64,000 bases of DNA from Candidatus Methanomethylophilaceae archaeon (GTDB lineage Archaea > Thermoplasmatota > Thermoplasmata > Methanomassiliicoccales > Methanomethylophilaceae). The number at the start of each line of letters is the position of its first letter. Position 1 is the first letter of the stretch. Shown piece by piece: positions 58,613-64,000 of the stretch. Below the pieces are notes generated by a model. That model ran no database searches and was not told where the DNA came from. It saw nothing but the letters and a program-made list of their open reading frames with translations. Location of the stretch: the NCBI GenBank assembly GCA_050950505.1, contig JBMNHS010000001.1, positions 1,024,001 to 1,088,000 on the forward strand. The letters run 5' to 3'. The position numbers were made by a program, and so were the translations under genes.

Positions 58613-58876
58613 ATGGCTGACGATTTTGAGAGAACCATGGTAATTCCCCTCAGGGCAACGAAGAATGCACCTCGCACAAAGAGGGCAAACCGTGCCATAA
58701 AAGAAATCAGGGAATACATCATGAGGCACATGAAAGTTGAGGAAAAAAATGTCTGGATGGACAAAACCCTCAACGAAAAAATCTGGGAAAACGGCATTCG
58801 CAACCCACCGTCAAAGGTTACCGTGAAGGCAATCAAGTTTGACGACGGACTTGTTGAAGTAACCCTAGCTGAGTGA
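58613..58876 (+). CDS. rpl31e: 50S ribosomal protein L31e
   Basis: IPLR...PRTKRANRAI, LNEKIWENGIRNPP. Confidence 0.95.
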   Translation: MADDFERTMVIPLRATKNAPRTKRANRAIKEIREYIMRHMKVEEKNVWMDKTLNEKIWENGIRNPPSKVTVKAIKFDDGLVEVTLAE

Positions 58877-58884
58877 TAACCTTG

Positions 58885-59547
58885 ATGAGACTCTCCCGTT
58901 ACGGAGGAAATTGCAACATAGGCGTTTATGCCGCCGCCGGTGAGAGTCTGGCCATCATCGCCGGGGATGCCGAACCCAGTTTCGTAAGAGACTTGGAAAC
59001 GGTCCTCGGCGTGGAAACCGTTTTGACCACCGTCGCAGGCTCCTTTGTTGTGGGTTCATTGACGGCAATGAACTCGAACGGCATAGCGTTGTCCGGAATG
59101 GCCGAAGAAGACGAGATGAAACGCATCGGTGAATTCTTTGACAATGTTTACACCGTGCCCGGGCGCTACAATGCGGCAGGAAACAACATTCTCGTCAATG
59201 ACCGCGGAGCTTTGGTCAATCCCCTTTATTCGGACAATGCGGTGAAAACTTTCGAAGACATCTTCGGAGTTGAGTGCATCCGTGCGTCCGTCGCGGGATG
59301 CGATACCGTGGGATCCGTTTGTGTGGTCACCAACAAAGGATGTGTCTGTCACATCGACTCCACCGAAGAGGACCTGGAGATGCTGGAAGACATATTCAAG
59401 GTAAGACCCGTCAAAACCACCGTCAACCACGGAGTGGATTTCCTGTCTTCGGGGATAATAGCCAATTCCAAAGGCGCGCTGGTAGGCGACCAGACAATGC
59501 CTTTGGAAATGGGAAGGATAGAAGAAGGTCTCGACCTCTACGATTAA
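58885..59547 (+). CDS. eif6: Translation initiation factor 6 (aIF6)
   Basis: NIGVY, VVGSL..MNSNG, AGNNILVND, GTVN-like TTVNHG, ANSKGALVG. Confidence 0.93.
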   Translation: MRLSRYGGNCNIGVYAAAGESLAIIAGDAEPSFVRDLETVLGVETVLTTVAGSFVVGSLTAMNSNGIALSGMAEEDEMKRIGEFFDNVYTVPGRYNAAGNNILVNDRGALVNPLYSDNAVKTFEDIFGVECIRASVAGCDTVGSVCVVTNKGCVCHIDSTEEDLEMLEDIFKVRPVKTTVNHGVDFLSSGIIANSKGALVGDQTMPLEMGRIEEGLDLYD

Positions 59548-60188
59548 CGGTCGAACACCCAACACTCGCTGTGTTCCGGCAGTTCTTCCGGAGACAGATC
59601 TATCTCGTTTCCCACATAGTCCACATTTTCGGCGGGAACCATCTGCAGGAAATCATCCAGAGGAAGTACGGCTATGCATAATCCGAAAACCCGATAGTGC
59701 ATGGGCACTATCACTTTCGGATCCACCAGATTTATGAATTCCCTCACTTCGGGGAGTTCCATTGTGTAATTTGCGCCCACCGGCACAAAGAGAATGTCTA
59801 TGTTGCGGATTTTATCAATCACTTTTTTATCGGGTATCGCACCCAGATCGCCGCAGTGACAGACGCTTATGCCGTCCATTTCAAAACGGTACATTGTGTT
59901 GACGCCGCGTTTCGCGCCCTGTTCCTCGTCGTGATAAGAAGGCAATCCTTCGATTTCAAAAGGACCGGATTTGAATTTACCCGTTCTCCCGACATATTCT
60001 TTGAAATCTCCGCAAATTACTCTGGATGCACTGTGATCGTAATGGTCGTGCGTCATAAGCACCACCGAAGCACCGGCGGGAGCCGGCGCCTTGATACCTA
60101 GGGATTTGCCGTCGTGGGGATCCAGAACTATGGTGCCGTCGTCGCATCCGAATTCAAAACAAGAATGACCATGCCATCTGATAAGCAT
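59544..60188 (-). CDS. MBL-fold metallo-hydrolase
   Basis: WHGHSCF, THDHYDH, HCGDLG, PVG, IVPMHY; ATG at 60188. Confidence 0.9.
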   Translation of the reverse strand: MLIRWHGHSCFEFGCDDGTIVLDPHDGKSLGIKAPAPAGASVVLMTHDHYDHSASRVICGDFKEYVGRTGKFKSGPFEIEGLPSYHDEEQGAKRGVNTMYRFEMDGISVCHCGDLGAIPDKKVIDKIRNIDILFVPVGANYTMELPEVREFINLVDPKVIVPMHYRVFGLCIAVLPLDDFLQMVPAENVDYVGNEIDLSPEELPEHSECWVFDR

Positions 60189-60272
60189 GACTGAACAATG
60201 TAGCATCCTTCGTATAATAATTTTCCATGACCTTATAGGAAAGTGTTTATCAATCATACACGATTCCACATT

Positions 60273-61406
60273 GTGAAAAAAACCCTGGTCCTTGTCGTCG
60301 ACAGGGATGACGATTTCGGCACCAAAGGCAATGTTGAAACCCCTGTCATCGGAGTTGAAGACTGTTCCGTGGCAGCCGCCGCTCTGGGAATCGCCGATCC
60401 GGAAGATTCCGATATAAATTCCGTTTATGCTGCCATCAATATTTACAAAGAGATGCTGAACGACGGTTATAACGTGGAAGTCGCAATTCTGTGCGGGGAC
60501 CGTAAAGTGGGTTATCGTTCCGATTCCGCAATCATAGAGGAATTGGAAGAAGTCATGAATGAAGTCAATCCGGACAGAATAATTCTTGTCGGAGACGGTG
60601 CGGAAGACGAATACGTTTATCCGATTATTTCTTCCCGCATTCCCATAGATTCCGTTAAGAAAGTCGTCGTCAAACAATCCCCCGGTCTGGAAGGGAACGT
60701 ATACATCATAACGAAGATGCTGGAAGATCCCGTGAAGAGGAAAAGATTCCTCACTCCCATTGGATGGATTCTGGTCCTGATGACGTCGGTCTTGATCGTG
60801 CCCACACTGTATTCCCAGGGGGTCAGCGCATCCACAATATCAAGAATATCCGGATCTCTGATGGCAATGATTATGGGATTGGCTTTGCTGATTTACGGAT
60901 ACAGTGCCATTACCAAAGTCACAAAGTGGCTGTCCAAATGGCTTTCCGGATTGAGATCGGGAAGTGTTCTGATTACATTCGCATTGATATCCATCTCTCT
61001 GATTTTTTCCGGGATTGTTTTGGGGGCCCTGACGGTTCAGAATTCGTATTCGCCGACCCCCTATCAAATGACATTGAGATTCGGAGCCGCGGCGATTTGG
61101 CCCATAATTTTCGGATTTCTGTTCTTCGCGCTGGGAAGTTTCATCAATGAATATCTTTCCAAAGGTTCAGTCAGACTCAGTTTCATAATCGGTTCAATAA
61201 ACATTCTGGCCGTAGGCATGGTAATCATGGGGGCATTCGATCTGATGATGACTTATGTAGACATCGGCCCGTCCAGCATAGCCTTGACCGTGGCAGAAAT
61301 TGTTTCGGGCATAGGACTTGCTCTGATTGCGACCCTGATCAGGAAATTTTTCAAATCGCGTACGCCCCCCTCCGATAAGGAGGCAGTCGAAGTTGAACTT
61401 CAGTGA
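60273..61406 (+). CDS. DUF373-family membrane protein
   Basis: LVLVVDRDDDFG, DPEDSDIN, DGAEDE, VVVKQS plus about 6 TM. Confidence 0.88.
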   Translation: MKKTLVLVVDRDDDFGTKGNVETPVIGVEDCSVAAAALGIADPEDSDINSVYAAINIYKEMLNDGYNVEVAILCGDRKVGYRSDSAIIEELEEVMNEVNPDRIILVGDGAEDEYVYPIISSRIPIDSVKKVVVKQSPGLEGNVYIITKMLEDPVKRKRFLTPIGWILVLMTSVLIVPTLYSQGVSASTISRISGSLMAMIMGLALLIYGYSAITKVTKWLSKWLSGLRSGSVLITFALISISLIFSGIVLGALTVQNSYSPTPYQMTLRFGAAAIWPIIFGFLFFALGSFINEYLSKGSVRLSFIIGSINILAVGMVIMGAFDLMMTYVDIGPSSIALTVAEIVSGIGLALIATLIRKFFKSRTPPSDKEAVEVELQ

Positions 61407-62058
61407 ATGGGAACCGATTTATTCCGAAATCATTTCAGACTTGAATCTGAGCCGTACGGATGACGAAAACTCCGCAAGAATGCTGAAAGCCCTTACTTTG
61501 AATTCCAATCTTGTTTCAGGGGATGCCGTCCGTGACGTGATGATGCCCGTGGCAACCGTGTTCGGAGACGCGTATTCCCTGGAAGATGACGTTAAATCCC
61601 TGCCCCCCGAAGGCACTTTGATTTCAGCAGGGTCCGCAACCGAAAGACTGGTCGAAATGAATATTTTGCCGGACCTTGTCGTGACGGACCTTGACGGAAA
61701 CATCGAAAGTCAGATCGAAGCTTCAAAATCCGGTTCAATCACTGTTGTGTTGGCCCACGGGGACAATACCGATCTGATTGCCGAACACATCAAGTCTTTC
61801 AAAGGCCCTCTTTTGCTTACAACCCAAAGCAATCCGACGGGAATCGTTGAAAATTACGGCGGATTCACCGACGGGGATCGCGCGGTATGCATTGCCAGAC
61901 ATTTTGGGGCAAAAAGGATACTGCTGGAAGGTTTTGATTTCGAAAAACCTCATTTGCGCGCAGGTAACGATGAAGAAACCTCCCTGAAAAAATTAAAATG
62001 GGCCAAAGAGATAATATTCGGAACAAATCCTTCCGATGTGGAAATAATCCGTCCATGA
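61393..62058 (+). CDS. mptE: 6-hydroxymethyl-7,8-dihydropterin pyrophosphokinase MptE
   Basis: WEPIYSEI, VVTDLDG, AHGDN, GGFTDGDRA, KKLKWA. Confidence 0.88.
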   Translation: MNFSEWEPIYSEIISDLNLSRTDDENSARMLKALTLNSNLVSGDAVRDVMMPVATVFGDAYSLEDDVKSLPPEGTLISAGSATERLVEMNILPDLVVTDLDGNIESQIEASKSGSITVVLAHGDNTDLIAEHIKSFKGPLLLTTQSNPTGIVENYGGFTDGDRAVCIARHFGAKRILLEGFDFEKPHLRAGNDEETSLKKLKWAKEIIFGTNPSDVEIIRP

Positions 62059-62187
62059 TTTTATCGATAATGGCTTTTTATCAAAAAATCAGCTTAAATA
62101 CCGAATAAAGATTAATATGCCCGCGTTGTTGTACGTCCGAGGGATAGGATTATTTGGGTTGTTCTCGTTATACTTGCACTGATATAC

Positions 62188-63681
62188 GTGCCCGTCCTTA
62201 TGTGGGTCTGGCAATCGCCCAAAGCTAAGGAGTGGGGTCTTGAACTCAGAGGCCCCATCGTGGTCTACAGGACCCAACGCGGAAAGGGTGTGATGGACCG
62301 TATCGGCTCTCACCGTAAATTCTGTAGAATTCTGGCTACATTTTCAAATTTCGTGGCTATAATTCTGATGGCGGTCATGATACTGATCATGGCGGTGGCA
62401 ATAAAGGGAATACCTTTAAGAATCAAAGGCGGAACCGGTACGGCACTGTTTACCGGTTTCAGCTTGAATTATACCGAATTTCTCATATTCGGAGTATTGG
62501 CCTTGATTGTCGCGATGATTATTCACGAATTCGCTCACGGCATTCAATCCAGAGCAAACGACGTCCGCGTGGAAGCTTCCGGCCTTATGTATGCCGTGGT
62601 TCCTTTGGGCGCTTTCGTTGAAATGAATGAGGAAGATTCCAATAATGCGACTTTAAAGGAAAAGATGAGCATCTATTCCGCGGGAATATCGATAAATTTC
62701 ATTGTTGCTGCAATATCCTTCGTATTGTTGGCAATGCTCATGCTGGCACCGCTCAGCAACACCGACGGCGTAAATGACGACAGCGTCGGCCTTTACTCCG
62801 TGTCGGACGGCTCCCCCGCGTATCTTGCCGGGTTGTCTCCGGGATCCGTGATTATTTCGATTGACGGCGAGGAAGTGTATATTGAAAGCGGTATCACGAA
62901 TCAGATTTTCCAAAACGGCAATGTTTTGGGCGGAAAAAAATACACAGTGGAGTATCTGACACCGGAAGGATCCGTCACCGAGAGTATATGGTTGGGCGTC
63001 TATGTGGAATCGGTTGTCAAGGAAAATCCCGCTGAACTGTACGGGCTGCCGAAGAATTCATTGTTGATAGAGATAGACGGAGTTCCAATAACGGGGCCGG
63101 ATTCTTTTTCGGATTTCCTTGCAAGCACTTCGCCCAATCAAGAAGTCGAAGTGAGATACGTTGACGTTGCGTCAGAATCCGAAGGAACAGTCGATATCAA
63201 ATTGGGCAGCAACGGAGACATCGGATTCATGGGGGTGCGGACCTCCTACAGCGGAATGATTCTCACGACGCCCGGATTTATTCTCGGAAAGGCGTCCAAT
63301 CCCATTTACGGTGAAACCGCAGCTTACGGCATGCTGCATTCCGCATTGCAATACCCCTTCCTGTCCATGGAAGGATTCTCACCTGTTCCGGACGTGTTCC
63401 ACTGGTGGTTTGACGCTCCGGGAGGCAACGTATTCTGGATGTTCGGCGCGATGATATATTGGATGTTTTGGGTCAACCTTCTGTTGGGAATAACCAACGC
63501 CCTGCCGCTGATACCATTTGACGGTGGATATCTGTTCAGAGGCTGGGTCACGCAGTTGCTTGAAAAGATGAGATACAAAACCGAAGAAATCCGGGAAAAG
63601 GTCGCAAAGAATATATCCAGCGCGGTTTCCGGATTTATGGCATTCTTATTAATACTGATTGTATTTGCAGTAGTGTTTTAA
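62188..63681 (+). CDS. Site-2 protease (M50) with PDZ domains; true start may be about 16 codons upstream
   Basis: HEFAHG, GAFVE, two PDZ-like repeats, NALPLIPFDGG. Confidence 0.92.
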   Translation: MPVLMWVWQSPKAKEWGLELRGPIVVYRTQRGKGVMDRIGSHRKFCRILATFSNFVAIILMAVMILIMAVAIKGIPLRIKGGTGTALFTGFSLNYTEFLIFGVLALIVAMIIHEFAHGIQSRANDVRVEASGLMYAVVPLGAFVEMNEEDSNNATLKEKMSIYSAGISINFIVAAISFVLLAMLMLAPLSNTDGVNDDSVGLYSVSDGSPAYLAGLSPGSVIISIDGEEVYIESGITNQIFQNGNVLGGKKYTVEYLTPEGSVTESIWLGVYVESVVKENPAELYGLPKNSLLIEIDGVPITGPDSFSDFLASTSPNQEVEVRYVDVASESEGTVDIKLGSNGDIGFMGVRTSYSGMILTTPGFILGKASNPIYGETAAYGMLHSALQYPFLSMEGFSPVPDVFHWWFDAPGGNVFWMFGAMIYWMFWVNLLLGITNALPLIPFDGGYLFRGWVTQLLEKMRYKTEEIREKVAKNISSAVSGFMAFLLILIVFAVVF

Positions 63682-63703
63682 AAATAAAGGGAGGTGGAGG
63701 AAA

Positions 63704-64000
63704 ACGTACGAAATATTCAAAATGGAAAAAGGCAGTGTGACGAAAACCGATGAGATCCAAGACAATGTATGGATTAACATGGTTCGACCCACTGCTGAAG
63801 AAATAAACGAAATCAGCCTCAGACTCGATATCGAAAAAAGCGTTATAACGGCATCCTTGGACGATGAAGAGGAATCCAGAATAGAGATGGAAGTCGATTA
63901 TTCATTGATTCTTGTTGACGCGCCCGCCGTGGAAATCAGAAACCAGCGGGAGGAGTATACTACGTACCCTTTGTCCATAATCATGACTCCCAACATAATC
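63704..64000 (+). CDS. corA: CorA-family Mg2+ transporter (runs off the window; ACG 63704 or ATG 63722 start)
   Basis: WINMVRPTAEEI, LDDEEESRIE, LILVDAP, YTTYPLSII. Confidence 0.85.

Noticed and set aside
59544-60677. 377-aa version of the MBL hydrolase ORF
   Set aside because: The N-terminal extension overlaps the opposite-strand DUF373 gene; the real start is ATG 60188.

Overview
Archaeal chromosomal segment, very likely from a Methanomassiliicoccales methanogen. The evidence is tandem mtaB/mtaCB methanol methyltransferase genes, archaeal information-processing genes (SRP54, aCPSF1, proteasome beta, rps19e-rpl39e-rpl31e-aIF6), a Thermoplasmata-type CoaD-YjjX fusion, and no called gene ending in TAG. 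Most of the window is housekeeping and metabolism, plus two tRNAs (Ala-CGC, Leu-TAG); no mobile element or CRISPR array was seen. Main unexplained signals: (1) a candidate TATA-driven ~65-nt hairpin RNA at 10452-10520 whose 29-nt loop is complementary to three separate sites in the 5' and 3' flanks of a CdrS-like ribbon-helix-helix gene 37 kb away, with a related motif in a second candidate ncRNA at ~5361-5468; (2) a circularly permuted PstS; (3) a Tad/type IV pilus-like module with a 4xCxxC partner protein; (4) a frameshifted nitrite/sulfite reductase; (5) a degenerate ETF pair without the FAD domain; (6) possible non-AUG starts. All calls were made by eye from the sequence and the ORF track, without database searches.
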